A stretch of DNA of 41,117 bases. Origin: Candidatus Cloacimonadota bacterium (GTDB lineage: Bacteria; Cloacimonadota; Cloacimonadia; JGIOTU-2). The translations under genes were made by a program, and so were the position numbers. Below, in pieces: positions 17,059 through 26,380 of this stretch. Within the stretch, counting starts at the first letter, position 1; every line of letters starts with the position of its first letter. The DNA is taken from NCBI GenBank assembly GCA_021160355.1, contig JAGHCS010000123.1, positions 1 through 41,117 of the forward strand. The letters run 5' to 3'. The notes under the pieces are model-generated. The model worked only from the letters and a program-made list of their open reading frames with translations. It had not been told where the DNA came from and ran no database searches.

Positions 17059-18140
17059 TATTCTTCCAAAGAGTCGGATATTTTGCCTTTTTTTATCAAA
17101 CTGCGTAGCGAGACATAGGTTTTTATTCCGCTATTCATAAGCTTGTACCAGAAGGGCTTGAATACAAGGTCGTGCATGCCGATGAACTTCCTGAACTCTC
17201 CGCCAAATCCTTTCTTAAAACGATAGACACCAAAAAGCGGATGTCCTTCTTTGGGGTGTGCCGGCACTCCCCAGAGATCATAGGTTTTGTATCCCTTCGC
17301 TTTTGCCCATTGAATCACATGCCAGTGCAGCGCCTGGTTCGGCATGACATTTCTATACTCATCTGATGAAGCGCCGTACATATACCATATTTTCTGCCCG
17401 AAAGCAAAGATATATACTCCGGCAACAGGAATCCCCTCATAATATGCCATGAATAATCGCACCATGCCCTTGTCTGCCATCAGCTCGATCACTCGCTTGT
17501 AGTACTCAAAATTATGGATGATAAAGGCATCGCGCTTTGCAGTAGTTTCATAGATGTTATAAAATTTCTGTGCGCCTTCCTGCGAGGTTTCTTCTTTTAC
17601 TTCAACCCCTCTTTTCATAGAGAGTCGGATATTGTACCGTGTTTTTGATTCACATCCTGCAAGAATATCCTCGAGAGATTTTGTAAGATCAAGAAAGTAG
17701 GTCGCCCGGGGTTGTATCTGCTTTTTTACAAAATTGAAATTATACTCATGCAATATACCGAGCATTGGTTCGTTATCTTCATCAATTTCAGGATCGATTT
17801 TCAGGACAATGGCATTGTGTTGTTTAGCAATCCCAGAGATTTTATTCATCAAAACAGAAAAATATTTATATTTTGTGACATCGACAACCGGACCTCGTGG
17901 GGCATAGAAAAGACATTTGCCGATATAGGGAATATTTCGTTTTTGGATCGATATGCCACCCACGATTTTTCCATTGTCAAAAACTGCAATACGAATCGGC
18001 ACCCAGCCGGAAATTCTCTTTATCTCTCCCCATTCATAGGATTGAATGATCGGGCATTCGTGGGTTGATGCCACGAACTCATTCCATGCGGAAAATTCTT
18101 CTTCTGTTTCTAAAATCTTACATTCGATATTATCATTCAT
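17058..18140 (-). CDS. FemAB-family peptidoglycan bridge-formation aminoacyl transferase (FemX-like)
   Basis: 360 aa. Blocks match Weissella FemX as I recall it: YAPRGPVVDV, LKIDPEI, IQPRATYFLDLTK, KIWYMYGASS, YDLWGV. TAATG overlap with murE. Confidence 0.85.
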   Translation of the reverse strand: MNDNIECKILETEEEFSAWNEFVASTHECPIIQSYEWGEIKRISGWVPIRIAVFDNGKIVGGISIQKRNIPYIGKCLFYAPRGPVVDVTKYKYFSVLMNKISGIAKQHNAIVLKIDPEIDEDNEPMLGILHEYNFNFVKKQIQPRATYFLDLTKSLEDILAGCESKTRYNIRLSMKRGVEVKEETSQEGAQKFYNIYETTAKRDAFIIHNFEYYKRVIELMADKGMVRLFMAYYEGIPVAGVYIFAFGQKIWYMYGASSDEYRNVMPNQALHWHVIQWAKAKGYKTYDLWGVPAHPKEGHPLFGVYRFKKGFGGEFRKFIGMHDLVFKPFWYKLMNSGIKTYVSLRSLIKKGKISDSLEE

Positions 18141-18233
18141 AGATATTTTGCTATCCTGTGCGTTCAGGTGTGAGAATCAGCATATATCTAACCTGTCAAC
18201 TTTTTCCTGTTTCTAATGAAGGGGGACTAAAAT

Positions 18234-18261
18234 TTGACAGTCTGCACCGCACTTTTATAAA
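18234..18261 (+). promoter_or_regulatory. Candidate sigma70-type promoter for the cyclophilin gene
   Basis: TTGACA (18234-18239) - 16 nt - TATAAA (18256-18261), about 35 nt upstream of ATG 18296. Confidence 0.45.
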
Positions 18262-18295
18262 GCGCTCAATCATAATGAAAAGGAGTTCAGTAATA

Positions 18296-18997
18296 ATGAA
18301 AATCTTCCGATTATTTCTGACAAGCGTCATTTCGATCGTTCTGCTTTCCTGCGGCGGATTCCTTTTTGCACAAGATAATGTACAGATCGAAGAGGAAACC
18401 ATGAAAGACCCGATAGTTAAAATGCACACGAATTATGGCGATATCACAATAAAACTCTATAACGAAACACCGCAGCATAGAGATAATTTTCTTAAATTGG
18501 TCGAGGAATGCTTCTATGACAGCACGCTCTTCCATAGAGTTATAGCCGGTTTTATGATACAAGCTGGTGATCCGGATTCAAAGGGTGCGATGCCCCAAAA
18601 ACAGCTTGGTGCTGGTGGTCCCGGCTACACAGTACCGGCGGAATTCCGTAAAGACCTTATTCATAAAAAAGGCGCTCTCGCAGCAGCTCGCCAGGGAGAC
18701 CAGGTTAATCCTCAAAAGCGTTCATCCGGTTCGCAGTTCTATATTGTTGTAGGACGATCATGGACAGCGGATGAAATGAAAATGATCGAGGAAAGAAAAG
18801 GCATAAAATACACTGACGAGCAGAAAGAAATATATGAAACTCTCGGCGGGTATCCCTTCCTTGATAGAGAATATACAGTTTTTGGAGAAGTTGTTGAAGG
18901 GCTGGATATCGTTGATGCGATCTCTTTGGTAGACACGAATCCTGCCGACAGACCGCTACAGGATGTGGCTATTGAAAGTATGGAGATCGTGGAATAG
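18296..18997 (+). CDS. Secreted cyclophilin-type peptidyl-prolyl cis-trans isomerase
   Basis: The ORF track begins at 18158. ATG 18296 follows AGGAG (18281-18285) and gives the signal peptide MKIFRLFLTSVISIVLLSCGGFLFA. Cyclophilin core FHRVIAGFMIQAGDP ... GSQFYIV. Confidence 0.85.
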   Translation: MKIFRLFLTSVISIVLLSCGGFLFAQDNVQIEEETMKDPIVKMHTNYGDITIKLYNETPQHRDNFLKLVEECFYDSTLFHRVIAGFMIQAGDPDSKGAMPQKQLGAGGPGYTVPAEFRKDLIHKKGALAAARQGDQVNPQKRSSGSQFYIVVGRSWTADEMKMIEERKGIKYTDEQKEIYETLGGYPFLDREYTVFGEVVEGLDIVDAISLVDTNPADRPLQDVAIESMEIVE

Positions 18998-19122
18998 GGC
19001 AGTGTTTTCCTCAGTGAAAACCCGTGCTTTATTAAATTTCTTCAATAAATAACGGCACAAAGATTGACATAGAAAATCACGGTTTTGTTTTTTATATATA
19101 AATTTACCGGAGGTGATACTTA

Positions 19123-19323
19123 GTGACCAAAGTGGTAGTTGGTAAAGACGAGAGCTTTGAAGGTGCTTTTCGCCGCTTCAACCGAAAGGTTCAGCGCTCG
19201 GGTGTTCTTTCTGATATCAAAAAGAACCGTTATTATGAAAAGCCCAGCGATAAAAAGCGAAGAGAACTCAAGGCAACGTTGCGTAAACTTAAACGTAATA
19301 GTTTCAGATATCGTTCGCGCTAA
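19123..19323 (+). CDS. rpsU: 30S ribosomal protein S21
   Basis: 66 aa, GTG start after GGAGG. Typical S21 sequence with FEGAFRRFNRKVQRSGVLSDIKKNRYYEKPSDKKRR. Confidence 0.9.
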   Translation: MTKVVVGKDESFEGAFRRFNRKVQRSGVLSDIKKNRYYEKPSDKKRRELKATLRKLKRNSFRYRSR

Positions 19324-19352
19324 TGTGTGTCGATAATTTTACGTAAACCTCA

Positions 19353-19922
19353 ATGGATATTATTAATATCATTACCCTCGGAATCATTCTTGTTTTCGGG
19401 GGTTTTGGTTTTATATCAGGATTTATCAAGGGAAGTGCCCGGCTCATCGGGTGGATCGTTGCGCTGATTATTGCGATAAAATTAGGTCCGGCTTCCTCTT
19501 CATTTTTCCAGAATGTCTTTCACTTTTCTCCAAAAACCTCGAACATCCTCGGTGGCATTTTGGTGTTTCTGGTCGTCATGGTCATTATTGCATTTATTGT
19601 TAAAATTTTGAAGCGTGTCGTCGAAGCCTTGCACCTGAGTTTTCTGGACAGATTACTCGGTTTTGTTCTTGGCTGTCTTCAGGCAATGATTGTTATCTTC
19701 CTCCTCACGCTTTTCATCCAATTATTACCTATTGCAAAATCGGCGCAGTCAACCATCGTAAATGCATCTTTCGTGGAATGGGGCAATGAAAAGATCGCGA
19801 GAATACTTGATGCGACCAAGCTGGACTCCCAGATCCGCAACAATTCTTACTATCAGGAGCTTCTTAAGCTTAAATTTAAAATACAAAAGGATGTAACGGA
19901 CGCCGTTTCGCCGCTTTCATGA
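19353..19922 (+). CDS. cvpA: CvpA-family membrane protein
   Basis: 189 aa with four hydrophobic helices. N-terminus MDIINIITLGIILVFGGFGFISGFIKG is typical of CvpA. ATGA overlap with mutS2. Confidence 0.7.
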   Translation: MDIINIITLGIILVFGGFGFISGFIKGSARLIGWIVALIIAIKLGPASSSFFQNVFHFSPKTSNILGGILVFLVVMVIIAFIVKILKRVVEALHLSFLDRLLGFVLGCLQAMIVIFLLTLFIQLLPIAKSAQSTIVNASFVEWGNEKIARILDATKLDSQIRNNSYYQELLKLKFKIQKDVTDAVSPLS

Positions 19923-22288
19923 AAAACGCTTTTGAAGAACTGGAATTCAATAAAGTAAAAGCGTTGATTTCCTCTCATTGTGTGTCTCCGCTGGGAGAAC
20001 GGCTTGTTGAAAATCTCGCCCCTCTAAGCGATAAAGCACTCGTAGAAAAGAAACTTTCCGAACTGCAGGACGTATTCAATTACCTTGAACAAAGCCATCA
20101 TTTTGCGATTTCCGGGCTTGGAGATACGGAAAGATTTTTTGACTATTTTAGTAGATATAAACAATTCAATATAGACGAACTCCTCATGTTTGGAAACAAT
20201 ATCCGCATTGCGAACAGGTTGAAGAAAGATCGAGATATTTCACCCGAAAATTTTCCTGAACTTCATTCTATTACGTCAGCCCTCGTTGACATGAAAGAGA
20301 TAGAAAGCAGGTTTGATAAGATATTCGATGCGGCTGGTGAGATCAAGGATACGGCTAGCCCTATTTTATCTTCAATCAGAAAAAACAAATTGAAGACCAG
20401 AAAACGGATTTATTCCGAACTTGAGAGTATTCTCGAAAAAAAAGATTACGAAAATGTTATTCAGGAAAAGGTGGTAACCTTTCGTGATGAGCGATATGTG
20501 ATCCCTGTTCGTGAGGGCGGCGTTACCCAGATGAAGGGCATCGTGCACGGGCGCTCAAAAACCGGCGCATCCTTCTACGTGGAACCCCTTTCGGTAATGG
20601 AGCTTAACAACTCTCTTAATACGCTTTCCGAAGAAGAAAAGCAGGAAATTCATAGAATCCTTACTGACCTCTACAATGAACTGAAGGATCATAAAGAGGG
20701 TTTGGCACAGAATCTTGCTGTTCTTCAGAAGGTCGATTTTCTCAATGCATGCGCTCGCTACTGCAGGAGTATTCATGCTCACGTACCTCTTATTATTAAA
20801 GATACGCAGCTGAGCTTGAAAAATGCCCGCCACCCCCTTCTTTTCAACAGTATAAAAGATCCCAAAAATATTATTCCCTTCTCATTGCATATTGGGGATG
20901 AGTTCAGGGGGATAGTCATTTCCGGCGTGAATACCGGCGGGAAAACTGTCACACTTAAAGCAACCGGACTTCTTACTATGATGGCTCTTTCGGGTTTGAT
21001 GATCCCGGTCGAAGAATCTCAAGTCGGAATGTTTACCTCTTTCTTTACAGACATCAATGACGAGCAATCCATCGAGGATTCGATCAGCACTTTTTCTTCT
21101 CATATTAAGAAGCTCAATGCAATTTTCGTTGGTGCAGATGACTCTTCTCTCATACTCATCGACGAGCTTGGTACCGGCACCGATCCGGAAGAGGGCGCTG
21201 CGTTTGCACAATCTGTAATGGAAGCGTTGATTGCAAAAAAATCAAAAGTGATCATTACCACACATTTGAATAAGCTGAAAATTTTTGCTTCGGAGCATCC
21301 CCTTTGTGAAAACGCTTCAATGCGATTTGATCAGGAAAAACTGCAACCTACTTATCAGCTCGATCTCGGCTTCCCAGGAAACAGCTATGCTCTGGATATT
21401 GCAAAAGAATATCATTCTCCCGAAAATATCGTGGCTCGTGCCCGCGAGCTTATCGATCAGAAAAGCCTTCAGTTGAGTGAACTTCTGAAGAAGACCGAGC
21501 AGCAGAGAATACATCTTTCGCAAAAACTATATGAGTTCGATCTGATGAACAAGCTTCTTGAACAGCAATTGGAGTCTCTCAATAAAAAAGAGCAAAACTG
21601 GAAACAGATCGAGAAAGAGCTAAAACAGAAAGCGCTTCAGGAGTCCGACGAATATCTTTCGGAACTCCGCCGTGAATTCGATCATGAAATTGATGAACTG
21701 AAAAAGCAATTTAAGACAGAAAACCGCATAGAGCATAATCGTGTGCACGATGTAAAAAATAGAATCTCAAAAGAAAGATCCTTAATTGAAAAAAAGAAGG
21801 ATGCGCTCTCCGATATTGAGTTCGTTCCTGCAACAGAGCTCTCCGCAGGTAAAGAGGTTTACATCAAATCCCTGAATCTGGTTGGGAAAGTGCAGTCTGT
21901 TAAAAAAAACACCGCTCGCGTCCTTGCTGAGGGCTTGATCTACAGTGTAAAAAAATCCGACATATATGAAATTCCCAAAGGGGTGGAACACGGTGATCAT
22001 AAGGAAGATATGGACATCTCCGTTCATGCGGATATCGACCACGATTTTGCTTTTGAGCTTAACCTTATGGGGTTGACTTTTGACGAAGCGCGCATAGAAT
22101 TGGACAAGTATATTGACAAAGCAATACTGCTGAATTATCCAAAAGTAAGAATATTACACGGAAAAGGAACCGGTCAGCTCAGGAGGAAGATACGGGAGCA
22201 TTTTAAGAATGACCGGCGCATTAAGGATTATCGTTCGGCTCCACTCCAGGAAGGCGGAGATGGCGTGACTGTAGTGTTATTAATGTAA
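19919..22288 (+). CDS. mutS2: Endonuclease MutS2 (MutS ATPase + C-terminal Smr domain)
   Basis: 789 aa. Walker A GVNTGGKTV and DELGTGTDP. C-terminal Smr: LNLMGLTFDEA...RILHGKGTGQLR. Confidence 0.9.
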   Translation: MKNAFEELEFNKVKALISSHCVSPLGERLVENLAPLSDKALVEKKLSELQDVFNYLEQSHHFAISGLGDTERFFDYFSRYKQFNIDELLMFGNNIRIANRLKKDRDISPENFPELHSITSALVDMKEIESRFDKIFDAAGEIKDTASPILSSIRKNKLKTRKRIYSELESILEKKDYENVIQEKVVTFRDERYVIPVREGGVTQMKGIVHGRSKTGASFYVEPLSVMELNNSLNTLSEEEKQEIHRILTDLYNELKDHKEGLAQNLAVLQKVDFLNACARYCRSIHAHVPLIIKDTQLSLKNARHPLLFNSIKDPKNIIPFSLHIGDEFRGIVISGVNTGGKTVTLKATGLLTMMALSGLMIPVEESQVGMFTSFFTDINDEQSIEDSISTFSSHIKKLNAIFVGADDSSLILIDELGTGTDPEEGAAFAQSVMEALIAKKSKVIITTHLNKLKIFASEHPLCENASMRFDQEKLQPTYQLDLGFPGNSYALDIAKEYHSPENIVARARELIDQKSLQLSELLKKTEQQRIHLSQKLYEFDLMNKLLEQQLESLNKKEQNWKQIEKELKQKALQESDEYLSELRREFDHEIDELKKQFKTENRIEHNRVHDVKNRISKERSLIEKKKDALSDIEFVPATELSAGKEVYIKSLNLVGKVQSVKKNTARVLAEGLIYSVKKSDIYEIPKGVEHGDHKEDMDISVHADIDHDFAFELNLMGLTFDEARIELDKYIDKAILLNYPKVRILHGKGTGQLRRKIREHFKNDRRIKDYRSAPLQEGGDGVTVVLLM

Positions 22289-22334
22289 AAATACTTATTA
22301 TGAAAACATCTATGGTTAGTAATGAAGGAAGCAT

Positions 22335-22533
22335 ATGAGAAATTTACTATTAATTATTTCGTTATTATGTCTCTTGTTTTGTTGTACCGGCACCTTATGA
22401 ACCTGGATAGGTAACTGCAATATTTATTATGGATGAGCAGGGGAAGCAAGTTGCACCGGGTACGTATTTCTATAAGCTGAAGTATGATGGAAATGTGGTG
22501 GTGAAGAAGATGGTTAAAATAACCTTACCCTAA
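22335..22533 (+). pseudogene. Collapsed remnant of a T9SS-sorted secreted protein gene (signal peptide fragment + C-terminal sorting-domain fragment)
   Basis: 22335-22400 encodes MRNLLLIISLLCLLFCCTGTL-stop. 22411-22533 encodes VTAIFIMDEQGKQVAPGTYFYKLKYDGNVVVKKMVKITLP-stop, which resembles the end of the FlgD-Ig/T9SS CTD seen at 40417. Confidence 0.55.
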
Positions 22534-22589
22534 CTTCCTTGGGAAGGATATGGAATAAAAGCGATAGGATGGTATTATAATAAAAATTA

Positions 22590-23075
22590 TTATATTTCTT
22601 CAAAGATACCTGTTTTGCGATTTTTCTGGACTTTATCCCACTTAAAATATTTGCCGTTCATAGAAACATATACACCTGCGGGAAGAGTCTGCACAAATGC
22701 GAGTGCACTTCCGAGGTTGAAAAGCCCATCCGAGCTACCGAATTTATAAGGGATCATCGCGCCGGTGAGTACAATAGTTTTGTTCGTAATGACTCCACCG
22801 AGCACCTTTGCAGTAGCAACCATCATATCAGTACCGTGTGTGATGACAATTTTGTCTTCATCGGCACTTAAACAGTTTTCGAGAATGATCTTTCGGTCTG
22901 CATCGGTCATGCTCAAGCTGTCTTCGAGCATCAAGGTTCGGATTTTCAGATCTAATTTACAGCGACCAAGAAGGAGCATTTCGTTAATGTGTGAATCCTG
23001 AAAAAAAAGCTCGCCGGTGAGTTCGTTGTATTCTTTATCGAAAGTACCGCCAGTCACAAAAATTCTTATTGCCAT
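22590..23075 (-). CDS. Asparaginase-domain protein (N-terminal catalytic domain only)
   Basis: 161 aa. IFVTGGTFDK (TGGT nucleophile motif) and ITHGTDMM (HGTD motif). No C-terminal asparaginase domain. Confidence 0.7.
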   Translation of the reverse strand: MAIRIFVTGGTFDKEYNELTGELFFQDSHINEMLLLGRCKLDLKIRTLMLEDSLSMTDADRKIILENCLSADEDKIVITHGTDMMVATAKVLGGVITNKTIVLTGAMIPYKFGSSDGLFNLGSALAFVQTLPAGVYVSMNGKYFKWDKVQKNRKTGIFEEI

Positions 23076-23086
23076 CTATCCTCGTT

Positions 23087-24409
23087 TTACATCGGGAACA
23101 TCTGTTTTCCCATATCAAAGTGTCCTTTGTTGAAGCGCTTCATCATTTTTTTCATTTGATCAAATTGCTTGAGAAGCTGGTTCACTCGTTGAAGCGAAGT
23201 GCCACTGCCCTGTGCTATTCTCTGACGCCTGCTTCCGTTTATGATGTCCGGATGCTCTCGTTCTTTTTGGGTCATTGAGAGAATGATTGCTTCGATATGC
23301 TCGATCTCATTCTCGTCGACCTTAATATTTTTCATCATTTTTGAGTTGCTGCCCGGAAGCATTTTCAGTATTTCGTCCATCGGACCCATACTTTGCATTT
23401 TTCTGAGTTGATCCAGAAAATCATCGAGTGTGAAAAGATTCTTGCGCAGTTTTTTCTCGAGTTTTTCAGCTTCTTCTTTCTCGAAGACCGTTTCTGCTTT
23501 CTCAATAAGCGAGAGCATGTCTCCCATGCCGAGAATGCGCGATGCAATTCTGTCTGGATGGAATGGTTCGAGATCGCTGAGCTTTTCTCCAATACTGACG
23601 AAACGTATTGGTTTGCTGGTGACTGCCCGTACCGAGAGAGCCGCACCGCCACGAGCATCTCCATCTAGTTTTGAGAGGATAATACCTGTAAGATCGAGCC
23701 GCTCGTTAAACTCCTTTACACTGTTCACTGCATCCTGTCCTGTCATTGCATCAGCCACATAGAGTATTTGATCTGGCCTGATAACCTTTGCAAGTTCCTC
23801 GACCTCTGCCATCATTTTTTCGTCCACATGCAGTCTACCGGCAGTATCGAAGATAACGAGGTTGCGGTATTCTTTCTCTGCAAATTTTAAAGCGCCTTTT
23901 GCGATTTTGACGACCTTTGTCGTATCTTCAGTATATACGGGAACATCAATTGATTTGCCGAGTGTTTCAAGCTGCTTGATCGCTGCTGGTCTGTACACGT
24001 CGGCAGCAACGAGGAGCGGGTCGTATCCATTCTTTTTATAGTGGAGTGCAAGCTTGCCACAGGCAGTAGTTTTTCCCGAGCCCTGCAAACCCACGATAAG
24101 TAATTTTGATGTTCTGTTCTTCGGAAGCGGTTTTTCTTCAGTGTCGGAGGTCATCAAATGGACGAGTTCTTCATTGACGATCTTTACGATTTGCTGCCCG
24201 GGCGTGAGTGATTTCTGCACGCGTTCGCCAAGTGCTTTTTGTTCAACAGATTTTGTAAAATCTTTAACTATCTTATAATTTACATCGGCTTCGAGGAGTG
24301 CGAGTCGAATTTCTCGTAAACCCGCCTTGATGTCTTTTTCAGAAAGCTTTCCTCTCGATTTGAGTTTAGAAAAAACGGAATTGAGCTTATCTGTGAGTGA
24401 TTCGAACAT
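23087..24409 (-). CDS. ffh: Signal recognition particle protein
   Basis: 440 aa. MFESLTDKLNSVFSKL start, GLQGSGKTT, DTAGR, SKLDGDARGG, and a Met-rich M domain. Confidence 0.95.
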   Translation of the reverse strand: MFESLTDKLNSVFSKLKSRGKLSEKDIKAGLREIRLALLEADVNYKIVKDFTKSVEQKALGERVQKSLTPGQQIVKIVNEELVHLMTSDTEEKPLPKNRTSKLLIVGLQGSGKTTACGKLALHYKKNGYDPLLVAADVYRPAAIKQLETLGKSIDVPVYTEDTTKVVKIAKGALKFAEKEYRNLVIFDTAGRLHVDEKMMAEVEELAKVIRPDQILYVADAMTGQDAVNSVKEFNERLDLTGIILSKLDGDARGGAALSVRAVTSKPIRFVSIGEKLSDLEPFHPDRIASRILGMGDMLSLIEKAETVFEKEEAEKLEKKLRKNLFTLDDFLDQLRKMQSMGPMDEILKMLPGSNSKMMKNIKVDENEIEHIEAIILSMTQKEREHPDIINGSRRQRIAQGSGTSLQRVNQLLKQFDQMKKMMKRFNKGHFDMGKQMFPM

Positions 24410-25046
24410 TACGAAGTCCGGTTATTGTTTTTTTATAATCATTGCTTTTAAAAATAAAACTTCCTGCAACGAGGATGTTCACACCCGCTTTTATCACGGA
24501 TTTTGCCGTTTCATAATTTATCCCGCCGTCGATCTCGATCTCTACTGCCCGCGATCCAATTATCTCTTTTACTTTCCTGACCTTTTCCACAGATTCTTTG
24601 ATAAATGCCTGACCTCCAAATCCCGGATGGACGGACATAATAAGCACGTAGTCAATTTCATCAATCACACCCGGAAGTGCGCCGAGCGAGGTTTCGGGAT
24701 TGATTGCAATGCCTGCTTTGACACCACGGCTTCTTATTTTTCGGAATAAGCTTTTGTAATTTGAATCAGTCTCGATATGAAATGAAAGATAGTTGACACC
24801 GGCATCGATGAATTTATCTGCAAAATCTGCAGGATTAGTAATCATGAGATGTGCATCGAATGGAAGTGCTGTAGCTTTGCGGATCTGTTTTACGAGCCCC
24901 GGACCAAAGGTCAAGTTCGGCACAAAATGTCCATCCATAATATCAAGATGCAGCATATCCGCACCTGCTTTCTCAACCGACCTGATCTCTTTTTCGAGAT
25001 GAAGGAAATCCGAGGATAGTATTGAGGGTGCGATCTTAAGTGTCAT
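24387..25046 (-). CDS. rpe: Ribulose-phosphate 3-epimerase
   Basis: The ORF track extends to 25097. ATG 25046 gives MTLKIAPSILSSDF. Motifs HLDIMDGHFVPN and SVHPGFGGQ. 23-nt overlap with ffh. Confidence 0.9.
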   Translation of the reverse strand: MTLKIAPSILSSDFLHLEKEIRSVEKAGADMLHLDIMDGHFVPNLTFGPGLVKQIRKATALPFDAHLMITNPADFADKFIDAGVNYLSFHIETDSNYKSLFRKIRSRGVKAGIAINPETSLGALPGVIDEIDYVLIMSVHPGFGGQAFIKESVEKVRKVKEIIGSRAVEIEIDGGINYETAKSVIKAGVNILVAGSFIFKSNDYKKTITGLRNVRITHR

Positions 25047-25059
25047 AATATTGATGAGT

Positions 25060-25371
25060 TTATGCGGATATTTTTTTGTTTGAAAGAGAAAAAACAATAT
25101 TCTTTATTTGAAAAGGAGGATCGAGCTGGGCATTGAGTTGATCAAGGATCTCGGTTTTTTTCAGCACGAGCTCCTGTAGCCAGACATTATTTTCAACGAG
25201 AATATAGAGAACATTATTATCAAGTTTGAGGATTCGGGTCTTATTGTCGAGAATGTCCCCGACGATCCTTCTCCAGAGAAATGCGGTTTTAATTTCGCGA
25301 GAAAATCCTTTATCAGAAAGATTCTGAATGAGATTTTCTATTATCGAGCTAATTTTTACAAAAGATGACAT
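25060..25371 (-). CDS. DUF721/DciA-like small protein
   Basis: 103 aa. The pattern ...WRRIVGDILDNKTRILKLDNNVLYILVENNVWLQEL... resembles the DUF721 family. Confidence 0.6.
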   Translation of the reverse strand: MSSFVKISSIIENLIQNLSDKGFSREIKTAFLWRRIVGDILDNKTRILKLDNNVLYILVENNVWLQELVLKKTEILDQLNAQLDPPFQIKNIVFSLSNKKISA

Positions 25372-25950
25372 TTACTCGATTTTCTTGGTAAAGACCATAG
25401 AAAGCCCTACCCAGGAGAAAATCGCGAGTAGCAAAACCAGGTAATAGACAGTACTCAGTGCGCCGTAGCTCAAATCATAACCGGACATTGCAAGGGCTGG
25501 AAGAAATGCAGCAATGAACAGAAGAAGGTATCCAAGGACGGAAAAGAGACCTCCGTATTTATTAATAACAAGAATCGCAAAGCCTCCGATAGCAACCAAT
25601 ATTGCTGCAAAAATGAAGATAACGAGTAGGGTTATGAAGGGGAATCCAAAATTGCCAAACACCTGAACCGGCAACAAGCAGCCGATCAGTACTAATATAG
25701 CACCGATAATTTTCTTTGTGATAAGATAACCTTTTGTAGTAACTGTTCTGCGCCTTGAATGCTTTTTAACAAAGAAACCAACGCCAAAAATCACGACCGC
25801 AACAATTATCCAGATGATACTTGTGCGATATGGATCATCGCTGGCAAACCCTATAGCAGCAAATGCACACAGAATAGCAATCCACATGATTACTTCTTTG
25901 ATAATGCTGATAACTTTTCGCATATTTTTACTCTTTCTCTTCTTTTTCAA
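25372..25950 (-). CDS. Hypothetical integral membrane protein
   Basis: 192 aa with about six hydrophobic helices. Start is uncertain: 25950 overlaps rplI by 23 nt, and the alternative ATG is at 25923. No family recognised. Confidence 0.55.
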   Translation of the reverse strand: MKKKRKSKNMRKVISIIKEVIMWIAILCAFAAIGFASDDPYRTSIIWIIVAVVIFGVGFFVKKHSRRRTVTTKGYLITKKIIGAILVLIGCLLPVQVFGNFGFPFITLLVIFIFAAILVAIGGFAILVINKYGGLFSVLGYLLLFIAAFLPALAMSGYDLSYGALSTVYYLVLLLAIFSWVGLSMVFTKKIE

Positions 25951-26380
25951 CCTTGATTTTCAAGGTTCCTTTTATATCGCCTTTGAGTTCGATGGTCACT
26001 TCATGGTCACCAAGCTCTTTAATGTGTTGTTCCATTTTCACGTTGTGCTTGTCAATAATTAATTCTTTTTCCTTGAGTTCGTCCACAATGTCATGCTCGT
26101 TTACAGAGCCATAGAGATGTCCATTTTCATCAGCAAGACGGGTGAAAAGAAGAGATGTTTTTTCAATCTGTTTGATGATCATCTCGGACATTTTCAGCTC
26201 TTCAGCAAGGCGTTTTTCCTCTTCTTCTTTAAATTTCTCGATGAACTTTTTATTTTTATCTGATGCCTGTATCGCAAAACCTTTTGGGAAAAGGAAGTTT
26301 CGCGCATAACCATCGGCGACTTTTACGACTTCACCGACAGTGCCAAGATTCTCAACATTTTTCTTTAGAATAATCTTCAT
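25928..26380 (-). CDS. rplI: 50S ribosomal protein L9
   Basis: 150 aa. MKIILKKNVENLGTVGEVVKVADGYARNFLFPKGFA is canonical L9. Confidence 0.9.
   Translation of the reverse strand: MKIILKKNVENLGTVGEVVKVADGYARNFLFPKGFAIQASDKNKKFIEKFKEEEEKRLAEELKMSEMIIKQIEKTSLLFTRLADENGHLYGSVNEHDIVDELKEKELIIDKHNVKMEQHIKELGDHEVTIELKGDIKGTLKIKVEKEEKE

Noticed and set aside
19139-19336. 65-aa ORF overlapping rpsU in another frame.
   Set aside because: rpsU in the other frame is an unmistakable S21 sequence. The overlapping product has no motifs.
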